DNA from: Octopus vulgaris
Taxonomy: Eukaryota
Assembly: GCA_951406725.2 (NCBI GenBank)
Contig: OX597832.1
Location: 41,478,001-41,542,000 of the forward strand
Reading direction: 5' to 3'
Length of the DNA: 64,000 nucleotides
Of the stretch, positions 40,354 through 55,193 are shown piece by piece; positions within the stretch are counted from its first letter, which is position 1, and every line of letters starts with the position of its first letter. The notes beneath the pieces are model-generated. The model was not told where the DNA came from. It did no database searches and saw only the letters and a list, made by a program, of their open reading frames with translations. The position numbers and the translations under genes were made by a program.

Positions 40354-42868
40354 AATACAATGTCACACAAACATGCACAATCTTTCTTTCTCTCTCTCTC
40401 ACACACAATGGGTTTCTTTCAGTTTTTGTCAACCAAATCCTCTCACAAGGCTTCGGTCAGCTCAGAGCTATAGTAGAAGACATTTGTGAGGTGTCTTCTG
40501 AACCTGAGACCATGTGGTTGGGAAGCAAACATCTCAACCACCCAGCCATGCCTGTGCCTACAGCCACACCCGTACCCATGATTTGTCTAATTACATATAG
40601 AGTGGCTGGTATTGGTGTTGCCATAAATTGAAAGTCAGAGTCAAAGTTTTTGTGCACCAACTCCACAACGCTGTCTGCTACAGTGTTCTGGACTGACCAC
40701 GCCTAACACATACTACACATACCCCAAAGTACAGTACACACATATACACATCCTAAAGGAAACCTCTATAAATTGCAGACCACCACTGCCACTGCCATCA
40801 CATCTATGTCCTACACATTCTTGCCATTACTCTCACATGATAACCTTTTCACCATTATATCAATGACCTACTCAGTTAATTCAAACCAAACTCTCACACT
40901 AAGATCACTCAAACTTTCAATTCTTGAAGATAATCTTTTTTAAGCAGTCATCATTCACAGACAACCTACACACCTTTCACCAGACATTGTATTGGAATCA
41001 ACATTCTCTCAAATTTCATCTCGAAATCTTAAATAAAAATAAAGAGTACTTTGGATAATGTAGTCTTAGATATTTTATGCCTGAAAAAGAACAAAAAACC
41101 CCAAAAAACAATGGGATAGGCATGGTGGAGACTACCATCAACCTGGGACTAAAGTGAAGTTAAGCAACTACTAACTATGAACAAAGATCTTGAAAACAGC
41201 CCTCAATAGGGACATGAATCTTCTTTTCCAATAAACACTTTAGTTAATCCTTTCTGTTAAAAAATACCAGTGAAGGCATATGGTTTAATGGTTAGGGTTT
41301 TTGGCTTACAATTTGTAAGGTCGTGAGTTCAATTCTCAGCAGTGTGTTATGTCCTTGAGCAAGACACTTTATTTCACGTTGCTCCAGTCCACTCAGCTGG
41401 CAAAAATGAGTTGTACCTGTATTTCAAAGGGCTAGCCTTGTCACATTCTGTGTCACGCTGAATCTCCTAGAGAAATACATTAAAGTTATGCACGTTTGTG
41501 GAGTGCTCAACCACTTGCAGGCTGTTCCATTGAGCAGATCATCTGGAACAAAATTCCATGGTTATTGACATCAACTTCTCCCTATAGATATCACTTTCCT
41601 CAAATACAAATATTTAAGCTCTGGCAAACTGAATATCAAGCTCACTAGTTTGGGAGAGACTGGGTACTGTCCCCATTCAGCACCAAATCAAGATTTCACC
41701 CCTTGATTATAACAAGTGTTAGCAGGAGATATCACCACGAGACAGATGGAAATGTCAAGTACTGAAAACACACACACATACACAAGCATAACAGAGACTC
41801 TTTTAATGATGTGACATTTTGATCATAGTAAGTTGAGGAGAAAGAAGGAGTAGAGAGAGAGAGAGAGAGAGAATAAGATGCACCCAGAAATAGGTCTCTG
41901 TGTGTGTGTGCATGATTCTGTGTACAGTTAGATATTTAAATATAATGGAAACCACATAATCTATATGAGCAGATAAGATATATATCTGGATATGCAAACA
42001 AACTGGCTACGTATTCAGTGTAAAACATACAATGAATTCTTTAATCAATTATAGTCAAAACAATATATTATGATATAATTATTGTCAATCAACATCTCTA
42101 TAAATTTGTGACTTTGTTCCGATATAAGGAAGCGTCACTGCTACCACCTCTGCTATCACCATAAAAAAATGTCACTTCATGAAAAGCTAGAATTTTAGAT
42201 TTGTATCATTATATATGATGTAGTGCACCTAAGCACTTTATACAATAAACTCATTATTAACATCTTAAAAGGGGAGATGACTCTGAAGGTACTCTATGCT
42301 ACATTCCTAGTAAGTAAATTTAGGGTCTTTCCTTCACTGTAAAGTTTCTCGGGGCTGAAACCAGAGTTTTTGTACTCATGCCACAATAGGAAAAAAAAAA
42401 TGCTACAAATGAGTAGTGTCAAGTGTTTGAATGAGCCAATTATAAGATCTTTAATTGTTCTGAAACCGCATCTGGCTCTGTAGTACAAATATCTTGTTTT
42501 CAAAAACTGAATTAAAATCTTCCACCAAACCTTAGTCACAATTTATGTTCCTAATACTAGCTTAATGACTCTCCCTCGTATTAGTTCCTATGTGCATTCC
42601 ACCATTATGATGGCTTGGAGCCCTGCATTAGAATGTTTCAAGCGTATTTGGATGCTTAACCAGTATAGATCATCAGGAAATACTTGATTGCATAAAGTTA
42701 CAAAAAACTACTATTGCAATAAAGTGTTCCTTGATGACCCCATTAAGTATCCATAAACACTTGAAACAAACAATACAGGGGCCCAAGCAAGCATAATTGT
42801 GATATGTATGTAGGAACTAATAATATAAACTTACGTTTATTGTAATTTCTTATATATATATATATATA

Positions 42869-42953
42869 TATATGAATAAATGAAAAGAATGGAGTCGAAC
42901 GAAGATTTTAACAAAATCTTCGTTCGACTCCATTCTTTTCATTTATTCATATA
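42869..42953. repeat. Perfect 41-bp-arm hairpin (3-nt loop) at the edge of a ~220-bp insert in (TA)n
   Basis: tatatgaataaatgaaaagaatggagtcgaacgaagatttt aac aaaatcttcgttcgactccattcttttcatttattcatata. Confidence 0.9.
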
Positions 42954-43373
42954 AAAAAACACACGAATTTCCTCACACGAACACGGGTTTCTGCCCTTGG
43001 CATGTAACTACAACCGTGTTTTACTGACGTGAATTTGCTACCCAGGTATCGATTAACCGAATTATCCATACTAGGATAATTCATTCATCTACTTATATAT
43101 ATATATATATATATAGTAATAATAAGCCATGTCACAAAAGATATGAGATCTGTGGAAATGTGTGTAGCAGTGCATCAAAATATTCATGAAATTCCATCCT
43201 TGGATTAATATTATTATACTATATTTATCCTATGTTATATCGGTGCAGCTTGGAACTATCTCATAAAACTGATGTTACAAGTTGGAACCACTAGACCGTA
43301 GCCAGTGCAATAATATAGGAGCTTTTATGTGTGTATTCAAAAACATTTCCTGTAAACAAACTTAAAGGATACT

Positions 43374-44224
<851 letters not shown>

Positions 44225-44722
44225 CTTATGTAATGCCATTGTGCAATTCTTTAATAGTTAATGATTGATGAATGATATTCATCAATACCTGGACCTGCTG
44301 GAATCAGAAATAACAATGTAGAAAACTTCATCCTGTTGCTACTGTATCTGTAGTCTGAGGTTGGTTTGTGTGTTCCAAGTTCAGTAATATATGTTTTCAT
44401 GGTCGCTTTTTTTCTTTCTCACCAAACAATTCCAGAGGTTGTGTAAAGGTAAAGGGTATTACTTTTCTTCTGAATAAGACAGGGATCCATCAGACAGATA
44501 GAGCAACAGCGTCAGTGCATCTTGGTACCTTTTGATAGAACGTGGTTACATATTCTAGAGTTTTCTACCTTCCACAGTTTTGTTTACAGAACCAGAGACA
44601 ATTTACACTCAACATTTACAAGCAAAGATTAAAATCAAAAATTTTCAAGTTTATCTGAAATTTAGAAATACAATAAAAAATAAAATAGCAATGTTTGTTT
44701 ATTTTTTGTGTTGAGTACTTAC

Positions 44723-45454
44723 CAGCACAGGGAGCTCCTAGTGACCCGAGAGCAATCATGAAAGACAAATAGCCATTGCCAATTGCAATATAATGCGGTC
44801 CGAGTAACTCTCTGGTCACTTGTGACATAAATGTGGTCCAAAAACCACTGTAGAAGCCAAAAAGCAGTGTATAGCTTATCTGGCCCGAGTAATGTTTAAA
44901 TAACAACGGACAGGTGCCGGTTATAACAGCTCCAAGTCCAACTGAACACAAGATGGCAGTGACATCGTCCAGCGTTGAGTTATGTCCCATGAATGCAAAG
45001 ATAACGCGACTTGTGAAGCTGGCCATGCCAATACAAGAGACCAGGAATGTTGCTGTAATAAAGTCAGTGCCCATACTGAGGGCATAGGAAGGGAGGAAAA
45101 TGTATATGATGGTGGAGCCGAAACTCCAGAAGAAGTTACCAATACACATGGCGTAGAAAAGTGGGTTGCGTAGTGGCATGCATGACAATAGCGGTAGCAG
45201 CTGGACTTCCTTCTCATACTTGAGAGGTTTCATCACTGCTCCGCATACACAGAGATTCAGTGTAATTGCAGACAACAAAAGTAAGGTCCCTCTCCATGCG
45301 TATATCTCCAGTAAGTAGCGTATAAAATTGGGGAAGACGATAATTCCACAACCAATTCCTGCGAGAACTGTGCTGAGTGCCTGGTAGCGGCAACGGTGGA
45401 AATACTGTTCAACAGCGACAATTGATGGTGAGCAGGCGATGCCAAAACCGATGC
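44723..45454 (-). CDS. SLC16/MCT transporter coding exon 3 (GIGFGIACSPSIVAVEQYFHRCR...LGAPCA; TM4-11)
   Basis: 732 nt inside ORF 44616-45509. MCT signatures QYF..R..A, YAWRGTLLLL, LNLCVCGAVMKP. ctcctctag acceptor, G|GTAAGT donor. Confidence 0.95.
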
Positions 45455-48334
45455 CTAGAGGAGAACAAAAAGAGAGAGGTACTAGTAAGACAGAAAGAGG
45501 AAAAAGCAATTCATTATTATTGTCATCATTATAATTACCAATATTATTATTAGGGCTACAGATGAAGGGGGTGACCTGGCAGAATTGCTAGAATGCTTAG
45601 AGGCATTTCCTCTGTCTTTACATTCTGAGTTCAAATTCCGCTGAGGTCAAATGCTTGTCATCTTCTTGGGGGTCAATAAAATAAATACTGGCTGAGCAAT
45701 GAGGTTGATATAATCAACTTACCCTCTCCCCAGAAATTACTGGCCTTGTGTCAAAATCTGAAATCAATGTTAGGGTGCTTAGTAGCATTTCCTTTGATTT
45801 TACATTCTGAGTTCAAATTCTGTCAACGTTGGCTTTGTTTTTCATCCCCTTTGGGGGTTGATAAAATAAGTACCAGTTGACCACTGGGGTCAATGTAATC
45901 AATTGCTGGCCTTGTGCCAAAATTTGAATTTACTATTATTATTATTATTATTGTTGTCATCACCTTCAACAAAGTTTACAGCCAAGGTTACGAGATTGCG
46001 CTGGGCCCAAGTAGTGGATTATGCAATTTTCCAAGACTGCACCATAATATTTTCTTTTAATCTGGGTTGCATAAAATGTATTTTACTTTGCCATATTCTT
46101 AAATACTTTACTTCATATTATATTACGAATGAACAATTTTAGAAAAACAAATCACGGATGCATTTATAATTGGTATAGAATTAAATGACTTGATATGGTA
46201 ATTAACCAATTACAGTTCTGAAAAGTAATGCATAAATTGAGAAAAACCAATAACGAGGAATTCCACAAACTTTTTACTTCCCACAAGAATTTATTGCATT
46301 ATTGATCATTTATTGCTGATTGTATAATATAATAGCAGCCAAAGCATTATCAGTTACATTACATGATCTGAAGAAATTGTTCAAGCAACCAATCATTAAA
46401 CATTTGCATGAATATTTTAAACATATTTTCAACATAAATACAGTGTAAAATTTCAATGTTTAAGTACTGAAATTTTATATTGTTTAACAGATCGACAATT
46501 TTCAAATTGGAAGCGAGAAGTAAAACACGAAAACAATAAAGCTTTCTGCAATTAGAATCAATTTAACAATTTAGCTGATTTGTCAGCTAAAAATTAAAAT
46601 AGTGCAGTAATAAACCAAGATTTACTAAAAACTATGCAGTTTTTTTTCCAACAGAAAAATAATAATTAAGACTTCAATTAGCAGTGTTCATAGTTTGTCA
46701 TGCAAATATTCATAGCATCAGTCATTTATGAAAACTTATTAATAAAAGAATTTTCAACATCATCAATTTCAGCTGATTTGAAGCTGCAAAGAACAAAATA
46801 CTCAGCACTTGTTATTGACCTATCCTTACTGAAAGATCAAATTAAAGACGTAAGTAATAGTCAGTTCTTGATTTAGGACAAGTCAAATGATGTTACATGT
46901 TGAAGAAAATAGCTGTGTGTATGTGTGAGTCAGATATTATAATACATAACAAAATAAAATGGTATTACTGCTGTAGCGAACTTGTTGCGGTACATTTTTC
47001 TAGGGTCAAATGCCCTTCCTGTCACCAACCTTTGCCCATTTCCAAGCAAATATTTCTCCATGGTTGGATGTGGTTTCACAAAGGATAGAAGACACTACTA
47101 ATATGAGTGATGCTTGTTTACAACAATTGAATGATGTCACAGCAAGGTGACACAAACATTTGCATACACAAGACAGGCTTCTTTCAGTTTCCATCTAGGA
47201 AAAAATCCATTCCTAAGGTTATGGTCAGCCTGGATCAGTAAAGCAGAAAATACTTACCCAAAGTACCACACAGTAGGACTGAACTTGGAAAGTGAAGTTC
47301 TTAACCACATAGTCATGCCTTTGTAACAATATCTATTCATCATTGTCATTTAATGTCCACTTTCCATGCTGGCATGGGTAAGACAATTTGACAGGATTCA
47401 ACAGGGCTGCATTGAACCCCAATGTTATCTTTGGCATGGTTTCTACGATTGGATACCCTTGCTAACACTAAGCCATGAAAAGTTCTTGAATGATGTGAGA
47501 AATTAATACTGGTTTCAAATGTGCTATGCTCCTTGAGCACAACACTTCATTTCATGTTGCTCCAGTTTCCTCCACAAAAATGAGATCCAGCAACAGCTGG
47601 GACTTTAACCCTGTGACAAACCAGTGCCCTGTCCAGGAGAAGGCTCTGTAATCTCAATCCCATATACACCAATGGAAACTGGGTGAAGATCTGCCCTTAT
47701 GAGTCCTAGGATTGATGACAGACTCAAAGACAATGTCAGGGGTGTATCACCACTTGATGAATCTCAGCTCAGACGATGTGGGGTCCCTTTACAGCCTTGA
47801 TGCAGCCAAATTTGTTGGGGAGCAATTTTGGAGAGCGCATTTTCTGGAAGTGATTGAAATGGAATGTGATACGAGTCATGGAGTGTCCTGGTCCTACTTC
47901 GATGGGGTTCTCACCCATGTATTAATGGCTTTCCTTTATTTTCATTTCATTCACCTTTTGTTTTTTACTTGTTTCAGTCACTGGACTGGCCAAGCTGGGG
48001 CACTATCTTGAAAGGTTGGGTTGAACAAATTTTCTTTTTTCAAGTCTGGTACTCATTATTTTGCTCTCTTTGACTGAGCTGTTAAAGGGACATAAACAAA
48101 CTAACACCAGTTATCAAGTGATGGAGGGAGACAGACACAACTACAGATATACACACACTTCTGACCCCATCTGTGTCAAAATTTTTAGCATATTTTAATA
48201 TATTGTATTATTAATTGCTCTTGTGCCCCATTTGTTATGAGTAGATCCCTCTTTATGTTTTATTAACTGGTTTTGTCTGACACATTTTGAATTGTATGTA
48301 TGAGCCTTTGTAGCCAATAAAGAAAGAATTATTA

Positions 48335-48365
<31 letters not shown>

Positions 48366-49992
48366 CATTATCACCACCATCAGTAGTAGAAATGCTGTCA
48401 CATGCCAGATACCAAGTCTTTGGATTCTTACATTCCTGACAAACAATAGCTAACAGATTCCCCACTCAAACTTTAAACCAACTATAATTAGGGTTCCCAG
48501 ATATGTAAAAAAAATTAAAAAAAAAAAAATTAAAAAAAAACAAGATAAAAATTTCAACAAAAGACAAAAGAAAAAGCCACCCTGTTTGTGCAGCTATGAA
48601 GGTGATGATTATTGTGGCATGAACATGTGATGCATAATAGATGGTAAATGGTGGGTCAGATCTGAGGGTATTACAAACTTACAGAGGGGATGACAAACAA
48701 AGATTACAACTAAGTGTCATATGACACATCTAGGCCATGACAGCCTGAAAATATCCAGACATTACGATGATGGTGATTGTGTGTATGTATGTACACATGC
48801 GCACACACATATATATATATATATAGTGAATAGATGGGGATAATATATCCAAGCAGGTACCATTTCAGCACTCTTGTATAATCCAAGTTATGGCTAACTG
48901 CATCGAACAATAAGGAATAACCAGCCTAGTACTTATTGTATCAAATTTGTTCATCTGGTTAAGAGTCTCTCTTTTTACTCTTTTACTTGTTTCAGTCATT
49001 TGACTGCGGCCATGCTGGAGCACCGCCTTTTAGTCGAGCAAATCGACCCCGGGACTTATTCTTTTGTAAGCCCAGTACTTATTCTATCAGTCTCTTTTGC
49101 CGAACCACTAAGTGACGGGGACGTAAACACACCAGCATCGGTTGTCAAGCAATGCTAGGGGGACAAACACACACACATATATATATATATATATACATAT
49201 ATACGACAGGCTACTTTTAGTTTCCGTCTACCAAATCCACTCACGAGGCATTGGTCGGCCCGGGGCTATAGCAGTCTATGCAGCTTCATTGAAGGTGTTG
49301 TTGCTTTCCTTTGTTTGAAGTGAACTGAAGTATGATGGTTTAGACAGTATTGCATATTAGTAGGGGCCCCCCATAACATTTGAATGCAAAGAATAAGAGA
49401 GGAATAGTTAAAAACCTGAAAATGGCTATAAAATCTGTTATCAGATTGACCCTAGAATGACACCAAGATTGGGACCTCGAATTGTGAATGCTAGATCTTA
49501 AACTAGGTCAGAATTTATTTCATCCACTAGCTTTAAGCCAGGTGAATAGGAATAAATTTCAGTGATAGATGTATACAATTAAGTGTCACTTAGTCAAATA
49601 TAATTTAGAAATATAAGATTTGCAGAATTTACTTTTAAGGCCAGGGTTTTATATAATACACAATATGGGAAAATACTTCCACACATATTGCGAAATCTGA
49701 ATTTTTAGCTATACAAATCAACCCTAAATCTATGAGTAGATAACATCCTCCTAGATATAGAATAACTTATTCCATATGTGATGTGTTACATACGAAGAAT
49801 ACTAATTAGTTGGAGAAGAATTACTACTTGTATAAAGCAAACAAGATACTGCATTAATATTGTCTATGTAAACTCTAGCACCTTCAATCTACATGACACT
49901 TAACTAAAAATCTTTTCTAGGGAAATATTTGAATGCTTTTCTCTGAAGGAGAGCATGTTTCAGAGCTAATGCCTGTTCATTATTTAATAACA

Positions 49993-50414
49993 GGCGTAGG
50001 AGTGGCTGTGTGGTAAGTAGCTTGCTAACCAACCACAGGGTTCCGGGTTCAGTCCCACTGCGTGGCATCTTGGGCAAGTGTCTTCTGCTATAGCCCCGGG
50101 CCGACCAATGCCTTGTGAGTGGATTTGGTAGACAGAAACTGAAAGAAGCTTGTGGTATATATGTATATATATATATATATGCATGTGTATATGTTTGTGT
50201 GTCTGTGTTTGTCCCCCTAGCATTGCTTGACAACTAATGCTGGTGTGTTTACGTCCCCGTCACTTAGCAGTTCGGCAAAAGAGACCGATAGAATAAGTAC
50301 TGGGCTTCCAAAGAATAAGTCCCGGGGTCGAGTTGCTCGACTAAAGGCGGTGCTCCAGCATGGCCGCAGTCAAATGACTGAAACAAGTGAAAGAGTAAAA
50401 AGAGAGTAAAGAGT
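49993..50414 (+). mobile_element. Full-length tRNA-derived SINE, family A
   Basis: Box A/B-like head (gtggctgtgtggtaag...ggttcagtccc), internal TA/TG tract, AG-rich tail; many copies in the window. Confidence 0.85.
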
Positions 50415-50977
50415 AACTGGTATTTAGATGTGAAAATATAGAATATTACTTCCAGTCATAAATTGCATTTCTTACGTACAGCTCTGTCCCCACCTATAAT
50501 TTCCTAATATATATCAAAATTACTGTTTCTATCCTTTAGGGACCAAATAAACCTACTTAAACTCGTACTATTTATTTTCTGTCTATCTTTAAAGGGGATG
50601 GACCTAATCTTGCCTCGAAGGTAGTCGAGCATGCTCCTGTATAATAGTGTGAAACCCCACCTGATGTAACCATACATCTGTACACTATATTCTTTTCTAG
50701 AACACTGTGCATTGAGTGGAAGTAGCTGGGAGAAAGATTAGATGGTAGTTAAGGAGTGCTAGAGAAAACCTTCAATGTACAGGGTAAGTATAGGGACATG
50801 GACAGTGGATCAGGCGTAGAGAGGTGTGTGTATGTGTAAGTAGGGTGAGGAGTCAAAAGGAGTGGCCAAAGGAATGTAGTTTGGGGCTGGAAGCAAAGTG
50901 AGCAGCAAATGTAGAGGTTTTCCTCCATGGGGGCACCGCTTACAGAACCAATGTTGTTTAGGATGGTCAAAGTAGTA

Positions 50978-51347
50978 TCTCTATATATAAAAACAGCAAA
51001 ATGTCTGTCTGTGTGTGTGTCCTTTATACAAATCCACAATTATTCAGTTAGAGGGCTCCCACTTTCTATGGTCATTCAAAACCGTCCAAGGGTGGTCGTG
51101 CACATCTTTACATTTCCCCAGTCACCCCGCAAAGCCATTAAAAAATCAATAGAAGTGACTTTTTTGTGAATTTTTTATCCAAAACCCAATCAAAATGCCT
51201 GAAACTTGATACGCCAATTGAATGCCATCTTGCTGTATGTGATTGGTCAGAGATTTGGACAGTACTCGCGTCTATATGTGAGCACACATGCAGCTGTATA
51301 TGCAGGCACTAGCACTATGACCCGGCGTTGCCGAGTTATAGTGCTAG
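50978..51347 (+). mobile_element. Non-autonomous Helitron-like element
   Basis: A|TCtctatatataaaa 5' end; GC-rich subterminal hairpin ccggc-gtt-gccga; CTAG|T 3' end; no TSD. Confidence 0.8.
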
Positions 51348-52258
51348 TGTAGATATATAATGGCTGATAAGACCAAAAACTGTTGTGGAGAACCATTATG
51401 CGATGACATGAGAGGTCAGCTAGATTAGAGGAAGACTGAAGAAATAGATGTTACAAAGTATCTGGATAAAGATGAGAGAGGTTGTAACACAAGATAACTG
51501 GGTACAGAAGGGAGTAGACCCTAGTACATTAACTAAGTATGATCCAAGGGGATCAACAGGGCTGATGTGGATCAAGCAGGATTTGGGATAGAATAGTTAA
51601 GATAAGAATTGTAGAAACTTCTAATTTCCTAGATGAAATGGTGCAAGAAAAATGAGTGCACCTTATCATTGCAGACTTATCAAACCCATATTAACATGAG
51701 ACAACAAATGGTATTTAGCAATTCCTGCTGCTGCAGATGACAGAGATGTCAAACGGTAGAAGTGGTAGTGGTAACCCTGATCAAGTGGATATATGATCAA
51801 AGGCAATCCTGCTATGACCATCTCATTTTTTTGCTTTCAGGCATAGTGTACCTAAGACTACATTATTCAATGTAGCGAGTGATTTGAAGGTGATTTTGGC
51901 TCCTATTTCTTGTAGGTTGAACGACCACACAGATGTTAGGTTGATGATGTTTCGTCCCTAATATCAGCCATCACTGATCCAACCTATGATCAAAGACATA
52001 CTAACCATGCCCATCCCTTTTTTTTTTCAAGGAAGAGTATACATATCTAGGACTATATAATCCAATGTATCATTTCACTTCTTAAGATGATATGCTGTGA
52101 TTTGAGGAAAACTTAGTAACTATTTCTAGCAGGTTAAAGGATCATATAAAGGCTTCACACTGGTTTGATGGGATGGAGAAGCAGTTGGTTGTTGGAATTA
52201 GTAAAACCTAAAATTCAGAAGCAGGTAAGTAAAACGGAGAAGAAATAAGCTTGGTTAC

Positions 52259-52402
52259 CTGTAAGGACACCCATGCAAAGGTAGATTTCATAGAGTTCTG
52301 TAATACAGACTCCGAGTGCAAGGCCAATAGAAGATAAGAGACCGCCCAACATCACACTGACGCGACTGCCAAACTTGGCTGTCACAAATCGGAAAAGGAC
52401 AC
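52259..52402 (-). CDS. SLC16/MCT transporter coding exon 2 (SVLFRFVTAKFGSRVSVMLGGLLSSIG...MGVLTG)
   Basis: 144 nt with tttcag acceptor and G|GTAACC donor, phase 1-1. MFS motif A-like KFGSR and MCT-type GGLL. Not in the ORF track in this frame. Confidence 0.9.
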
Positions 52403-54227
52403 CTGAAACAAAAAGGAAAACACATTTGATTTGTTTGTGTCATTGTTGTAGTATCTCTGGATGGAAAAAATGAAAAAAGCAAAATTACAGATGCATCAAT
52501 ATCAATTCAAAATCAATATAACCTGGGAGAAGATAGCCCAGAATCAAGAACAGTGGAGAAAAATTCATGAAGAGCTTAGGTAAATAGAAAGTTAGTGATT
52601 ATGTGTAAAATAAAATAAATGTATTTTGGTCAGAATTTTCAGCTATAAGTTTGCAGTTGGTCAATCACCTGAACTACAAGACTCAATGAATTAACATCAG
52701 CCAACTTTGCCAGAGCAGCCAACGGGCTTCCGTACCCGTGGCACGTAAAAGGGCACCATTCGAGCATGATTGTTACCAACATCACCTCACTGGCACCTGT
52801 GCCGGTGGGCACGTGTAAAAAGATTCGAGCGAGGTCATTGCCAGTACCGCCTGACTAACCCCTGTGCAGGTGGCACGTAAAAAGCACCCACTACACTCTT
52901 GGAGTGGTTGGCGTTAGGAAGGGCATCCAGCTGTAGAAACTCTGCCAGATCAGACTGGAGCCTGGTGCAGCCATCTGGTTGCCAGCCCTCAGTCAAAACC
53001 GTCCAACCCATGCTAGCATGGAAAACGGATGTTAAATGATGATGATGATGTAGCTGAGTATCCCACAGACATGTGTACTCTTAACATAATTCTCGAGCTG
53101 TATCAATGTGACAGTGTTTGACAAGGTTGGCCCATTGAATTACAGGTACAAACCATCTGACAGGCTTCCATACGATTTCTGTCTACCAAATTTCAATCAT
53201 GAGGTATGGATCAACTTGATGCTTAGGAAACTGACACTTGTCCAAAATGGGATTGAACCAAAGTAGGATTGAACCTGGTGCCCCGTGATAGGTAAGCAAA
53301 CATTCTTAATCATTTAATCCACTGCACCTACAGTGATTATATATAGACAAACAGACAAAAACAAACAGAAGCACACATTATATTTTCATAAGCTTAGAGT
53401 TACAATTCAAGTTTTAGCTTCTAATGTATACACAGTGTATTGACTATTTCTCCCTGGTTTGTAATCAACAAACAATCACCAATCCATATTTATTATACAA
53501 CGAGAGAGGAAAAGCAGTGCATAGATGCTTAACATACGGAGATATGTTAAATATTGGTTCAACCATTTTATGTAGATCTTGCTATGAAACATATACTCAA
53601 ACATAATACTGCTTATATGGGTGAGCGTATATAATACTAATATGTTATACACATACACATGGTGGAAACAGAAGCAGCCTCTATTGAATGGAAAAGAGAA
53701 CCAGCATTTATTGAATGGAAAATACTCGATACATATTATTTGTTGTATGCAAATGATTTTTTTTATTTGATAAAAATCAACACCTGCAGGATGGTCAGGT
53801 GTTTTCTTTATACTCATCAGAACGTTGAGTTATGTACAATAAAAGTGAAAAGCAAAGAGATCTTTCTGGTTTGGTGATGAGTATACCAGTTGGGTTGAGC
53901 AATGAAACCACTTGTTCATTGAAATATAGTGTAAGTGGCTGGGTATTCCACAGATATGTGTACCGTTTTGCATAATCCTAATGCAGAATCGGTGTGATTC
54001 TGTGCAACAAAGCTAGCTTAATGAGTTACAGATACAGTCATCAGGGAGGTATGGTTTCTGATTATCCAATTTTACTTATAAGGCTCAGGTTGATCTGAGG
54101 CTATGACAAAATGCACTTGCCTCTAACACACTGTGGGGACCAAACGCCAGACATCATGAGTGCAAAGCAAACTTTTTAGGCATATGATCATACTTGTAAC
54201 CATATATATATATATATATATATATAT

Positions 54228-54540
54228 GGAGGTGCAATGGCCCAGTGGTTAGGGCAGCGGACTCGCAGTCGTAGGATCGCAGTTTCGATTCCCAGACCGG
54301 ACATTGTGAGTGTTTATTGAGCGAAAACACCTAAAGCTCCACGGGGCTCCAGCAGGGGGTGGTGGTAATCCCTGCTGTACTCTTTCGCCACAACTTTCTC
54401 TCACTCTTTCTTCTGTTAGCCTGCTCGCCTAGCCAGTGGGGTGGCGTCATTTGAAGGCTAAAAAATAATGCGAAGTGCATTGTGACCAGCGATGTGTAGC
54501 AACATCTGATAGCCTGGTCGGTCATGGTGATCACAGTGAT
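54228..54540 (+). mobile_element. tRNA-derived SINE, family B head with a different tail, in (TA)n
   Basis: Head matches 36639-37016; the tail matches the fragment at about 14493-14560. Confidence 0.8.
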
Positions 54541-54855
54541 ATATATATATACACACATACATATATCAATGTAGTACTGTGACACACATGTCATCATCAT
54601 CATCATTGTTTTAATACCAATCTATCTATGCTTGCTTGCATGGGTTAGAATTTAGTCAAATCGATTTCCTATTATTGAATGCCCTTCTGGTTGTCAGCTC
54701 TCACTTATTTGCAAACAAGGTACATACATACATTATACACACACAACAGTATACTATAAATATAATACTACATATGTATGCGTGAATGTATAGATACATG
54801 TGTGTATGCATCTATTTTCATTTGTTCAATATTTTTTTTTCATTGTAAACGTAAG

Positions 54856-54939
<84 letters not shown>

Positions 54940-54973
54940 AAAGGTGAGTATAAAGAAGGAAGAAAATACTGAC

Positions 54974-55193
54974 TTGAAATAACAGTGACATGAAGTAAAA
55001 GTGCAGAAATCCATGATGTATCAAAGTGGGATCCTGCAAAGATGTGTCGGAAGACCACATGGAATATTCCCATACTGTAGGTAATGCCACAAATGATAAA
55101 CTGGACGAAGAAGGCTGAGACCATAACGGCCCATTTCCTTCCACCGGTATCTTCTTGCATCATGGAAGAAGTCTTTAAGGTGACAATAAACAT
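54974..55193 (-). CDS. SLC16/MCT-family MFS transporter, coding exon 1 (MFIVTLKTSSMMQEDTGGRKWAV...VTVIS; TM1-2)
   Basis: Acceptor ttctcttttcag (exon starts 55200). In-frame TAA directly before ATG 55193; alternative ATG at 55163. Degenerate MCT N-terminal DGG.W motif and GITYSMGIF. Donor A|GTCAGT, phase 1. Confidence 0.88.

Noticed and set aside
44616-45509. 297-aa ORF as a stand-alone gene
   Set aside because: Both ends are intronic read-through; splice sites delimit 44723-45454 and join in frame to the other exons.
50700-51540. Additional LINE endonuclease remnants (also about 37050-37310, 40690-40990 and 47700-47930)
   Set aside because: Composition is suggestive, but the motifs are too decayed to assign by eye.
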